In this document: positions 44,468-53,341 of the stretch, piece by piece
Layout of the letters: each line of letters begins with the position of its first letter
Numbering within the stretch: position 1 is the stretch's first letter
DNA from: an uncultured Ignavibacteria bacterium
Lineage (GTDB): Bacteria > Bacteroidota > Ignavibacteria > Tepidaquicellales > OLB5
Reading direction: 5' to 3'
Assembly (NCBI GenBank): GCA_963816535.1
Contig: CAWFKW010000003.1
Span: forward strand, 845,489 to 909,488
Length of the DNA: 64,000 bases
Made by a program: the position numbers and the translations under genes
Notes under the pieces: model-generated
Databases searched by the model: none
Seen by the model: the letters and a program-made list of their open reading frames with translations, nothing else
What the model was told of the DNA's origin: nothing

Positions 44468-45415
44468 GTGAAGAAAATATTAATAATATCAATATACGTG
44501 ATACTCTCCGTGCTTTTGGGATGCGGCTCAAAAAGTGATTACCGCTTTCAGAAAGAAGATACTCTCGTAAAAAAGCGCGGAAATGAAGGAGTAAGGAAAG
44601 ACCTTTCCGAAATCGAAGAAATATACCAAAATTTTGATTACGGCGCGGTTATTGATAAATATAAGAATATGCTCCCGGAGGGGGCATCTATATCAAGGTT
44701 CAGGTACTTCGTGGTATTTTCCAAGCTTCCGCCCGAGCTCACATATAGCCTCATAGATAATGATATCAGGCTTACTATTGACGCTATGCTTAACTCTTAT
44801 ATAAGTGTGAAGCCTGATAAGGTGACGCCAATATTTCTTTTTGAAGATTACGACGCCTACAGAAATTTCTCAGTCGGAAATTTCAATATCGATGAATCTG
44901 ATCTTTCTCCTTACGGGTTCTACAAAATTTCAAAAAACGTAATAGTAATACGGTATATATCATGGAAAGGCAGCATTGCGCACGAGGTTACGCATGCAAT
45001 GATACAAAACGATTTTCCCGATATCCCCTCATGGTTCAACGAGGGGATGGCGGCGCTTCACGAAAAGTCGACGTACAAAAACGGAACGCTTGTTGGCGAT
45101 TTCAGCTGGCGCATTTTATCAATAAGGCGGGCTTTAGCCGAGAATACTTACACGGGCGTTGAGGAGCTTATGAATACGAATGATGACGAACTGTACGGCA
45201 GGAAAAGCTCTTTCTATTACGCCGAGTCCCGCTACCTGTTAATGATGCTTCAGCAGCGCGGATTATTAAAAGAATACTATAAAAATTTCAGAGACTCGTT
45301 CGCAAAGGATAAGACGGGTATTACGCAGCTTGAAAAGATCACCGGGAAAAGCCTGGCGGAAATTGACAAAGAACTTCTGGATTTCATGAGTAGCTTTGAT
45401 AACCAAACCAGGTAG
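44468..45415 (+). CDS. lipoprotein with an HExxH metallopeptidase-like motif (MA clan/DUF1570-like)
   Basis: Lipobox LLGCGS, and SIAHEVTHAMIQNDFPDIPSWFNEGMAALHE. Confidence 0.6.
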   Translation: MKKILIISIYVILSVLLGCGSKSDYRFQKEDTLVKKRGNEGVRKDLSEIEEIYQNFDYGAVIDKYKNMLPEGASISRFRYFVVFSKLPPELTYSLIDNDIRLTIDAMLNSYISVKPDKVTPIFLFEDYDAYRNFSVGNFNIDESDLSPYGFYKISKNVIVIRYISWKGSIAHEVTHAMIQNDFPDIPSWFNEGMAALHEKSTYKNGTLVGDFSWRILSIRRALAENTYTGVEELMNTNDDELYGRKSSFYYAESRYLLMMLQQRGLLKEYYKNFRDSFAKDKTGITQLEKITGKSLAEIDKELLDFMSSFDNQTR

Positions 45416-45465
45416 ATTTACGCCGTCCCAAAAAGTCGGCTCCGGCGGGATGCAGAACTTACCGT

Positions 45466-46827
45466 TTAACCCATTATCTCATCAGCGGCATCTTCGCCGG
45501 AATTAATAGCTCCTTCCATAAACCCCTGCCAGTCGGCAAGATGCTCTCCTGCAAAGTGAGCGTTCATGAATTTCTGCTTTAACGCTGGCATCACATCAAA
45601 CCACTGCCTCTTGTTATAAATAGCGTATGAACCGTACGAATATTTATCCATGCCCCAATAGTAGTTAACATGCTTCTCGATTTTCGATGATATGTCCCCG
45701 AACGCAGGCCTAAGCGATTCGGTTATAAGCCGGTTCTTGAATTTATTATCCTGTCTCGAAATAACATCGGCTTTATCACCTATAGTGTAAGAAATCAATA
45801 CCCCTTTATCTGATTTCTGGTTCTTGGTGGCATGATAAAAATAATGCCCGTATGCATCGGTGACCATGTCGAACGACTCATCTTTCCAGAATCTGTCGCT
45901 GAACAGAACGGCATGCTTGCTTATTCTTGCATACTGCAGCAAATTCAAAGCGCTCATAAAACTCTCAGGGAGCGCGGGTTTCCAGTTGATCCGGCTAACG
46001 GCAAACGTCGGGACTGCGCAGATGAGCTGGTCGCCCGAAAATATCTTGCCGTTTTCACATGTTACGGATACGCCTCCGTCAGCCTGAGCAATTTCAAGCG
46101 CTTTGTGCTGAAGGTTTATATTTTCAAGACCAAATTTTTCGGCGAGTTTTTGCGCCAGCAATCCGTTGCCGCCGGATATCTTGTAATCCATTTCATCGCG
46201 CTCGTCTGATTCCGCATACTCGGCAACTCCCTGGTAGGCGGAAACTTCTCTTAACGTTTCCCCGAAATCAGTGCTGTCGAACAGCTCCTTTATCTGGATA
46301 TCACGTTCGCCTATTCCATTATTCATGAGGAAACGCCACCAGTCGGTTTGATCCAGCTTCTTTTTATCGTCGTCGGTAAAATTTTTGTAGTCTGTCAGTA
46401 TCTTATTGTACTTTTCTTTCCATTCAGCCGAATAATCCCATTTGCCTTTCGGAAAATACTCGCCGGCAAATATAAGGTGAGTATCCATCTGGTTATTTTG
46501 AAGGGTAAGGCCAAGTTCGCCGCACAGTTCTTTTATTCTTGTATGGGATTCGCCGATCCACTCGCCTCCAAGTTCTATTACGAGCTTCTCAGTCTTATCA
46601 ATTTCATACGAGAAAACCCTGCCACCAATCCGGTTTCTGGCTTCAAGAACTGCGACATTATAGCCGTTTTGCTTCAGTTTATTGGCCGCCGCCAGCCCCG
46701 CAAAACCCGCGCCTATAATGATTATCCTGCCCTTAGGCTTGAGGTTTATATTAAATGATTGTGGGAGAACCACTGCGCCTGCAGCTAGTATAGCGGTCGT
46801 TTTCAAAAAATCTCTTCTTGTAGTCAT
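45466..46827 (-). CDS. Tat-exported flavin-dependent amine oxidase family protein
   Basis: Tat signal TRRDFLKTTAILAAGA and the FAD motif IIIIGAGFAGLAAANKL...LEARNRIGGRV. Confidence 0.85.
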   Translation of the reverse strand: MTTRRDFLKTTAILAAGAVVLPQSFNINLKPKGRIIIIGAGFAGLAAANKLKQNGYNVAVLEARNRIGGRVFSYEIDKTEKLVIELGGEWIGESHTRIKELCGELGLTLQNNQMDTHLIFAGEYFPKGKWDYSAEWKEKYNKILTDYKNFTDDDKKKLDQTDWWRFLMNNGIGERDIQIKELFDSTDFGETLREVSAYQGVAEYAESDERDEMDYKISGGNGLLAQKLAEKFGLENINLQHKALEIAQADGGVSVTCENGKIFSGDQLICAVPTFAVSRINWKPALPESFMSALNLLQYARISKHAVLFSDRFWKDESFDMVTDAYGHYFYHATKNQKSDKGVLISYTIGDKADVISRQDNKFKNRLITESLRPAFGDISSKIEKHVNYYWGMDKYSYGSYAIYNKRQWFDVMPALKQKFMNAHFAGEHLADWQGFMEGAINSGEDAADEIMG

Positions 46828-46875
46828 ATGTAAGATGGTTTTAAGTTAAAAACTGATTGGAAACAGTTCTTGCGC

Positions 46876-47895
46876 TTAGCCTAACGAACGAGTTACAAAA
46901 TAAAGCGTTAAAATTACATAGAGCGCTGAAAACATAATAAATGAATACCTGTCGATCTTCTTCGATTTTTCGGCGTTTCCTTTTTTCATATAGTGAAGCG
47001 AAATTGCCGATACGAGAATGCAAATAAATATGAATATGTAGGCAATAACGTGCAGTATATCAACCAGAGTGAGTTTCTGATTTTGAGGAAGAGTTGAACT
47101 AATAACATACTGATTTGCGATCGCGGCAAAAATAGCGCCTACGGATAGCCCGAACCTTGGGTCAAGATCGGTAGGGTTAATGAAAAATGTCAGAAAAGAT
47201 ATCAGCACAGAAATGAACAGCCCAATAAAAAGCTTAAAAAATATTCCTTTGCCTTCGCGATCAATTGTGAAATAAACCACTACTCTTGAGTACGTGGAAT
47301 AATCATTGGGTTTCAGAGTAGGATCGCCATAAGTTGTTTCGTAAGTGTGGTCCTCGTTCTTTATTCCAAAATCCCGTATCTTAAATCCCTGGAGGCTTGT
47401 TTCTTTATCAATTTTGCTCTCCATGGAATCCGCGATAAGAACAAGTTTTGATTTATCAAACTCAGCGTCTTCTATCTGCAATTCAACGTATTGCCGGTCA
47501 AACGGAAAATCGGTTATGTCCCATTGCTTCTTAATAACGGCGTTGCACCTGAACGTTACATACTTGTACCCTGCTTTGTATTCTACGGCCTCGCCCGACT
47601 TAACTGCTTCTTTTGCATTAACCAGGTCGAAAGTTTCGTTTAGTTTCAGACTGTCGTCTTTATAAAGATACCATATATAAAAATCGGCGCTTATCTTATC
47701 CCCCGGGAAATCGACGTCATATATTGAAAAGAGATAAATTCCGACCTTAGCAGTATCCACTTTCTGCTCTTCTTCGGGGTTGTTCTGCTGGGTTTTTTCG
47801 CCGGGATTGTTTTGCGAATAAATCAATTTCCCGGAAAAAAGCGCCGCAAAAACCAGGAGCGCAATGATTAATATATTTCTCATAGCCAATCTCAT
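46876..47895 (-). CDS. prokaryotic pentameric ligand-gated ion channel (pLGIC)-like protein
   Basis: Signal peptide, then a beta-rich ectodomain with VGIYLFSIYDVD...DFYIWYLYKDDSLK and WDITDFPFDRQYVELQIE (equivalent to the Cys-loop FPFDxQ), then TM helices. Confidence 0.6.
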   Translation of the reverse strand: MRLAMRNILIIALLVFAALFSGKLIYSQNNPGEKTQQNNPEEEQKVDTAKVGIYLFSIYDVDFPGDKISADFYIWYLYKDDSLKLNETFDLVNAKEAVKSGEAVEYKAGYKYVTFRCNAVIKKQWDITDFPFDRQYVELQIEDAEFDKSKLVLIADSMESKIDKETSLQGFKIRDFGIKNEDHTYETTYGDPTLKPNDYSTYSRVVVYFTIDREGKGIFFKLFIGLFISVLISFLTFFINPTDLDPRFGLSVGAIFAAIANQYVISSTLPQNQKLTLVDILHVIAYIFIFICILVSAISLHYMKKGNAEKSKKIDRYSFIMFSALYVILTLYFVTRSLG

Positions 47896-47939
47896 ATTTG
47901 TTTTTGGATCCGGAGCCTGGGTGAAACCGACATTTGCAG

Positions 47940-48506
47940 CTACCTAAGCTTAACGGCAAGAGTATATACTTCCGCCGCAAGCCTCCGGAGCCTTCTTCTT
48001 ACGATTTCGCTCTTTATCTCATTATTTTCGATGTGCAACTGGGTAGAACTAATCGCCACATTTGAAGAGGCTGATATTCCCCTGAAACTATGTATAATGT
48101 TCACTATTGTTTGGAGGGTAGCGGCGCCGGAAACGTCGCCTCCGCCGGTCGCAATAGCTCCTACGGGTTTAAGCGTCATGTACGGCGGTTTTGAAAATGA
48201 GAGGAACTCGATATAATCTATGGCGTTCTTGAATGCGCCGCTGACAGAACCATGGTATTCCGGCGATGCAAAAATGAATCCGTCGGCGCTCTGAAGAGTT
48301 TCTAGAAACTTCTTAAGTTCAACGCCACCCTGTTTTATTCCTTTGGCGGGATTGTAGACAGGCAATTTCATTCTGTAAAGGTCGTATATTTTAATTTCTG
48401 CCCCGAACGCTGCAAGTTCTTCCATTGTGAACCTAAGGGCTGCATAGGTAGATGAGTTTTTCTCTAAACTGCCGCCAATACCCGCTATTTTTATTTTATT
48501 TCCCAC
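47940..48506 (-). CDS. NAD(P)H-dependent FMN reductase
   Basis: IKIAGIGGSLEKNSSTY and FIFASPEYHGSVSGAFKNAIDY. GTG start. Confidence 0.85.
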   Translation of the reverse strand: MGNKIKIAGIGGSLEKNSSTYAALRFTMEELAAFGAEIKIYDLYRMKLPVYNPAKGIKQGGVELKKFLETLQSADGFIFASPEYHGSVSGAFKNAIDYIEFLSFSKPPYMTLKPVGAIATGGGDVSGAATLQTIVNIIHSFRGISASSNVAISSTQLHIENNEIKSEIVRRRLRRLAAEVYTLAVKLR

Positions 48507-48615
48507 GATTTTACAATTATAATGAACTTAAGGAACAAAATTTAGGTACTTTAAGCGCCTTTCAAATTTTTCAGAAATTAAGTATTTTCATATAAATTTG
48601 CGACTTCAAAACGAT

Positions 48616-48918
48616 ATGGAAAAAGGACTTTTTACTAAGGCAATAAACGCTTTGAAAAATATTTCAATTGATTTTCGGCTTGATACAATTGTATTTGCCG
48701 GAGAAGGAATTGTAAGAGGAATAATTTTAAGCAACCCCGACGACGTACCTAAAGTTAAAAGCATTTTAGACAGCGAGATATTAAAAAGTTTCAGGTTTAA
48801 GAAGAGCCTCTCCTGGTACCTTGGAGATAAGAAAGAGTCTGTTTTAATGCAATTAAAGAAGAAAATGAGCCTGACTATACCTGAGATCGAGCAGCTGCAG
48901 GTTAGTAATTACGCATAA
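48616..48918 (+). CDS. hypothetical protein (100 aa)
   Basis: ATG 16 nt after a TAAATTTG -7 box (48593-48600). Its 3' end overlaps the gatA 3' end by 17 nt. No motif recognised. Confidence 0.35.
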   Translation: MEKGLFTKAINALKNISIDFRLDTIVFAGEGIVRGIILSNPDDVPKVKSILDSEILKSFRFKKSLSWYLGDKKESVLMQLKKKMSLTIPEIEQLQVSNYA

Positions 48919-50329
48919 TAAAATCAGCAAATCCTAATACGCCCGATTCATCAAAATCCCTTCCGATTATCTGTAAACCTATTGGAAGTCCTGCGGCGTC
49001 TTTGCCTGCAGGGATGCTTATTGCCGGGTTGCATGATAAGTTCGCCGCCGTAGTAAATATATCATTCAAATACATCGACAAAGGATCGTCTATTTTCTCG
49101 CCTATTTTAAAAGCCGTAGTCGGAGTAGTAGGCGAGATTATGAAATCAACTTCTTCAAACGCTTTTCTGAAATCTTCTTTGATTAGCCGCCTTACTTTTT
49201 GAGCCTTTTTATAATATGCGTCATAATACCCCGCTGAAAGCACGTATGTGCCCAGCATTATCCTTCTCTTTACCTCCGGCCCGAATCCTTCCGTTCTTGA
49301 GTTAACATACATATCTTCCATTGTTGCGGAATCTTCAGAACGTACGCCATACCGCGCTCCGTCATACCTTGCAAGATTGCTTGAAGCTTCGGCGGTTGTA
49401 AGGATGTAGTATGTTTGAATGGAATATTTAGAATGCGGCAGGTGAACAGGCTTTACGCTAAATCCCTTTGCCTTCAGCATGGCGGCGGTCTCATCAAATG
49501 AGTCTTTTACTTCTTTTTGTAATCCCTCCGACTCTGCGAATTCTTCGATTATCCCAACCTTAATACCGTTACCGGCTTTCAAGTCTTTAAGAGATTCCAG
49601 GTAAGACGGAACATCAAGCGATACCGAGGTTGAGTCGTTCTTATCCCGCCCCGCCATAACCTCAAGCGCAAGCGCGCAATCAGAAATGTTATTTGAATAA
49701 ATGCCGATTGTGTCAAACGACGACGCAAACGCTGTGAGTCCATATCTTGAAATCCTGCCGTATGTGGGCTTCATGCCCGCGACGCCGCAAAACGCGGCCG
49801 GCTGCCTGACCGAGCCGCCTGTATCCGTGCCAAGAGATAACATGCACATTCCGGCCGCCACAGCAACTGCGCTGCCGCCCGAAGAGCCGCCGGGGACTCT
49901 TGATTCATCGAACGGGTTTTTAACCGAGCCGTAAGCCGAGTTTTCGTTTGACGAGCCCATTGCAAATTCGTCGCAGTTTGTTTTGCCTATAACGATGGCA
50001 TCTTCGTCTATCAATCTCTGCACGCAAGTGGCCGTATAAAGCGATTCGAAATTCCCAAGAATTTTCGATCCGCACGTCAGTTTCCGCCCCTTTAAAGCAA
50101 GCACATCTTTGATAGCGACCGCCATGCCGGCAAGTTTTCCGGCAGTTCCGTTTTTGATCTTATCGTCAACCCGCGCGGCGCCTTCCAGCGCTTCTTCGTT
50201 AAAAACAGAAAGGAAAGCGTTCAGTCGCTTTCCTTTCTCAATGTAGGCCAAAAAATATTTTACAATTTCAACCGCTGAAACTTTTCCTGAATCCAGATCC
50301 TTTCTTACTGACAGGTAATCATCGAACAT
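48902..50329 (-). CDS. gatA: Asp-tRNA(Asn)/Glu-tRNA(Gln) amidotransferase subunit A
   Basis: Amidase signature GGSSGGSAVAVAAG with full-length similarity. Confidence 0.95.
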   Translation of the reverse strand: MFDDYLSVRKDLDSGKVSAVEIVKYFLAYIEKGKRLNAFLSVFNEEALEGAARVDDKIKNGTAGKLAGMAVAIKDVLALKGRKLTCGSKILGNFESLYTATCVQRLIDEDAIVIGKTNCDEFAMGSSNENSAYGSVKNPFDESRVPGGSSGGSAVAVAAGMCMLSLGTDTGGSVRQPAAFCGVAGMKPTYGRISRYGLTAFASSFDTIGIYSNNISDCALALEVMAGRDKNDSTSVSLDVPSYLESLKDLKAGNGIKVGIIEEFAESEGLQKEVKDSFDETAAMLKAKGFSVKPVHLPHSKYSIQTYYILTTAEASSNLARYDGARYGVRSEDSATMEDMYVNSRTEGFGPEVKRRIMLGTYVLSAGYYDAYYKKAQKVRRLIKEDFRKAFEEVDFIISPTTPTTAFKIGEKIDDPLSMYLNDIFTTAANLSCNPAISIPAGKDAAGLPIGLQIIGRDFDESGVLGFADFIMRNY

Positions 50330-50330
50330 A

Positions 50331-50522
50331 CTATTTTACTACTGTCTTATCCTTTTCGTCTTCTGTCTTTGTAATTTCGTCGTTCACGTCCCTTGTCGCT
50401 TTCTTAAATTCCCTGATGCCCTTGCCCAGTCCCTGCATCATCTCGGGAATTTTTTTTGCGCCAAACAATACAAGTATTACAAGTAATACAAGTATAAGTT
50501 CCTGCGATCCTAAACCAAACAT
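50331..50522 (-). CDS. tatA: twin-arginine translocase TatA/E
   Basis: MFGLGSQELILVLLVILVLFGAKKIPEMMQGLGKGIREFKKA. Confidence 0.9.
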   Translation of the reverse strand: MFGLGSQELILVLLVILVLFGAKKIPEMMQGLGKGIREFKKATRDVNDEITKTEDEKDKTVVK

Positions 50523-50564
50523 TTTTTTATATCTCCTTCTCCTGTTCTCAGCAAACAGGATTTA

Positions 50565-51245
50565 TTAATTCAAACTCTGGATTATACTCTCAAAAATATA
50601 TTTGCCGTCATGCGCGCCTACCAGGTCTTCGCTTGCTCTTTCGGGATGGGGCATCATGCCCATTACATTTCCCTTTTCATTCATTATTCCCGCAATATCG
50701 GCTATCGAGCCGTTGGGATTATCTTCGTACCTGAAAACAACGCGGTTATTATCTTCAAGTTCTCTCAGCGTATCCGCGTCGCAGAAATAATTCCCGTCGC
50801 CGTGTGCAACTGGTATAACAAATGCCTGATTATTAAGATTTCCGGCAATGGAGTTCGTAAAAATGGCGTTTTTGTTTTCAATATTCAATGTAACATTCCT
50901 GCATACAAACCTCAGGTTGGCGTTCCTTAGAAGCGTGCCGGGCAGCAAACCCGCCTCGCACAGTATCTGGAAACCGTTGCATATACCCATCACAATACCT
51001 CCGTTACGGGCAAACCTGACAATATCCTTCATAATGCCCGAAAAGCGGGCTATTGCCCCGCAACGCAGGTAATCTCCGTACGAAAATCCGCCGGGGATAA
51101 TTATTACGTTCCTGTCGCCAATAGTTGAATCCTTGTGCCACAAAAACTCAGTATCCTGATCCAAAACGTGTTTCAAAACGTTGTAAGCGTCGTGGTCGCA
51201 GTTCGAACCGGGGAACACAACTACGCCAAAGCGGGCTTTAGACAT
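50565..51245 (-). CDS. purQ: phosphoribosylformylglycinamidine synthase subunit PurQ
   Basis: [21 protein letters not shown] and MMPHPER. Confidence 0.95.
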   Translation of the reverse strand: MSKARFGVVVFPGSNCDHDAYNVLKHVLDQDTEFLWHKDSTIGDRNVIIIPGGFSYGDYLRCGAIARFSGIMKDIVRFARNGGIVMGICNGFQILCEAGLLPGTLLRNANLRFVCRNVTLNIENKNAIFTNSIAGNLNNQAFVIPVAHGDGNYFCDADTLRELEDNNRVVFRYEDNPNGSIADIAGIMNEKGNVMGMMPHPERASEDLVGAHDGKYIFESIIQSLN

Positions 51246-51533
51246 TTACTTCGCGCCTCCGCCGTTATTAGACGCGCCCGCCCCGTCAAGGTTTAAGACC
51301 TCAAACTCATAATCTTCTATAACGGGATTTGCAAGAAGTTTTTTGCAAACTTCCTCTGTAGTTTTGCCGGCTTCTTCTTTGGAGGCCGAATCGATAGTAA
51401 GCTCTATATACTTACCGATCCTTGTATCCTTTATGTTCCTGAAGCCTAAACTTTCTATGGAATGTTCGACTGCTTTCCCCTGCGGGTCAAGTATCGATTT
51501 TCTGAGAGTGATTTTAATTCTGGATTTATACAA
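51246..51533 (-). CDS. purS: phosphoribosylformylglycinamidine synthase subunit PurS
   Basis: ...IKITLRKSILDPQGKAVEHSIESLGFRNIKDTRIGKYIELTI... The TTG at 51533 fits the usual PurS length; the ATG at 51575 is the longer alternative. Confidence 0.8.
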   Translation of the reverse strand: MYKSRIKITLRKSILDPQGKAVEHSIESLGFRNIKDTRIGKYIELTIDSASKEEAGKTTEEVCKKLLANPVIEDYEFEVLNLDGAGASNNGGGAK

Positions 51534-51999
51534 TATTTTGGTTTGAGAATTTATAATACAATTTTCTTGAAACAATGAAAAATATCGCCAACAGCAATAA
51601 CATCGAGATCATGGGCTTTAAATTCAAATTTGTCGGGACCAATAATTCCTTATTTATGTACCCTTCCTTGAATTTTGTTTTCACTTTTGAAAAGACTATC
51701 CTCCCGTTAACCGCTGATATCCAGTCTTCAACATAAACAAAGTCGCCGCTGTTTATAAACCCGTCGGCGCTTCCGTAATCCTTTGGGTCAAGCAGCAGCG
51801 GAGTCATTCCGTAGGGCGAATCTTTCACAATCGCTCTTTCGTATGCAAAATTATTGTATACGTCCACCGCGCTGTATATCAGAATTCCGACAATCAAAAC
51901 AAGCGCGGCATAACCTACGCCTTTTGCCGCTTTGGAAACAGATTTATTCAAGCCCATAGCTGCCGGTTCTTTCCTGAGGGCTATATTATATTTTCCCAC
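51526..51999 (-). CDS. hypothetical membrane protein
   Basis: TM segments at both ends. The start may be the internal ATG at 51957, since the extreme 5' end abuts a REP hairpin. Confidence 0.5.
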   Translation of the reverse strand: MGKYNIALRKEPAAMGLNKSVSKAAKGVGYAALVLIVGILIYSAVDVYNNFAYERAIVKDSPYGMTPLLLDPKDYGSADGFINSGDFVYVEDWISAVNGRIVFSKVKTKFKEGYINKELLVPTNLNLKPMISMLLLLAIFFIVSRKLYYKFSNQNIV

Positions 52000-52050
52000 C
52001 CCCGACCCTCTCTCAAAAAGAGAGGCGTACCCGCCGGGACAGGGCGAGTC
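51998..52050. repeat. REP-like hairpin with a G-rich tail (minus strand: CCTCTCTTTTTGAGAGAGG GTCGGGGGTGGG)
   Basis: Read directly from the sequence. It lies between the thioredoxin-TPR gene and the next ORF. Confidence 0.7.
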
Positions 52051-52059
52051 AAATCTAAA

Positions 52060-53130
52060 TCACTTCGCGCTTAACTGTTTATCTATCTGGTCCTTCATGT
52101 CACGGTAAAGCTTCCTGTTGAAAATGACCAGCGCTTTATCAATAGACTCCTTTGCTTTGGCAAATTCTTTCAGGTCATAATACAATTTCGCCTGGATATA
52201 ATATGAACTGCCTTCGTTAACCGAACCCTTAAGATAAGGCAGCCCGGTATTTACCAGATCTAAACCTTTTTTATAATCTTCAGCTCCAGTGCCTTTATCA
52301 GCTAGCCCGATTGCGCGGCCGTTCATGAACTGCCCGTAGCTTGAGCCAACCATATCATCGTTCGGGAACTTTGCGAGCGCTTCTTTATACCATTTATCAG
52401 CCGTTTCAACATCGTTCTTTGTATAATAATATGCCTCGCATAAAGAAACGTACGCATCTCTTAATACGTCGCTGGACGGATTTTCTTTTATGAAATTCTC
52501 AAGATTCTGGACTATGGTTTCTTTATCAGACATCGAAGCAAGTCTGTACTTTGCGTCGTCTGTTTTGCCTTCTTTGTTTTCCGGGTCAAGCTCAATAATT
52601 TTATTCAGGTAAGCCTTCGCGTCATTTTCATTTCCTAAAGCCATCAGCTTATCCGCAAAACGTGAATTTGCATCAATGTTGGAGGGGTCCTTTTCAAGTT
52701 TAGCTTTCAGGTCGTTATATGTGTTGATTCCCTTTTCATAATCTGACATCATCTCAGTAAAATCCTTAGCCGGCACATAGCCAACTATCCTGTCTATCTC
52801 ATTCCCGTCGGCGTCAAGAAATAAAATTGTCGGGTACCCTGTAACTTTATACTTCTTGGCAAAATCCAGGCCTTCGCCTTTTTCAGCGTCTATTTTATAA
52901 TTCACCTGGTTTGCATTGGCAATAGCGCCAACGTCGCTTTTAGAATATACTTTGTTATCAAGCTCAACGCACCATTTGCACCAGTCTGTCATAACGTCGA
53001 CCATGACAATTTTTTTCTGGTCCTTGGCCATTTGCATAATATCAGCCAGCGAACCCTGCTTAAAATCAATTTGCGAAAATGACATTTTCGCTAAGAACAG
53101 GAGGGCAAGTAATAAAATAGTCTTTTTCAT
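52060..53130 (-). CDS. exported thioredoxin-fold protein with TPR repeats
   Basis: Signal peptide, VMVDVMTDWCKWCVELD (CxxC), and a TPR-like C-terminal half. Confidence 0.8.
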   Translation of the reverse strand: MKKTILLLALLFLAKMSFSQIDFKQGSLADIMQMAKDQKKIVMVDVMTDWCKWCVELDNKVYSKSDVGAIANANQVNYKIDAEKGEGLDFAKKYKVTGYPTILFLDADGNEIDRIVGYVPAKDFTEMMSDYEKGINTYNDLKAKLEKDPSNIDANSRFADKLMALGNENDAKAYLNKIIELDPENKEGKTDDAKYRLASMSDKETIVQNLENFIKENPSSDVLRDAYVSLCEAYYYTKNDVETADKWYKEALAKFPNDDMVGSSYGQFMNGRAIGLADKGTGAEDYKKGLDLVNTGLPYLKGSVNEGSSYYIQAKLYYDLKEFAKAKESIDKALVIFNRKLYRDMKDQIDKQLSAK

Positions 53131-53341
53131 GTTTCTGCTTTAATAAGTTATTATTTATAATATTTAATTAATCTGATGCAATTAAGCTATATATCTTAAA
53201 ATAACAATTTAAGTTCAAATGTAATATGTCTATATTTGTATTCCAGTTAACTTCAAAAAATATAGGCTTTTTGAAAGAATTATACATAAAAAATCGGATT
53301 CCCTCATTCAGCGCTGTGGAAGCCCTCGTTCAATATTTTAG

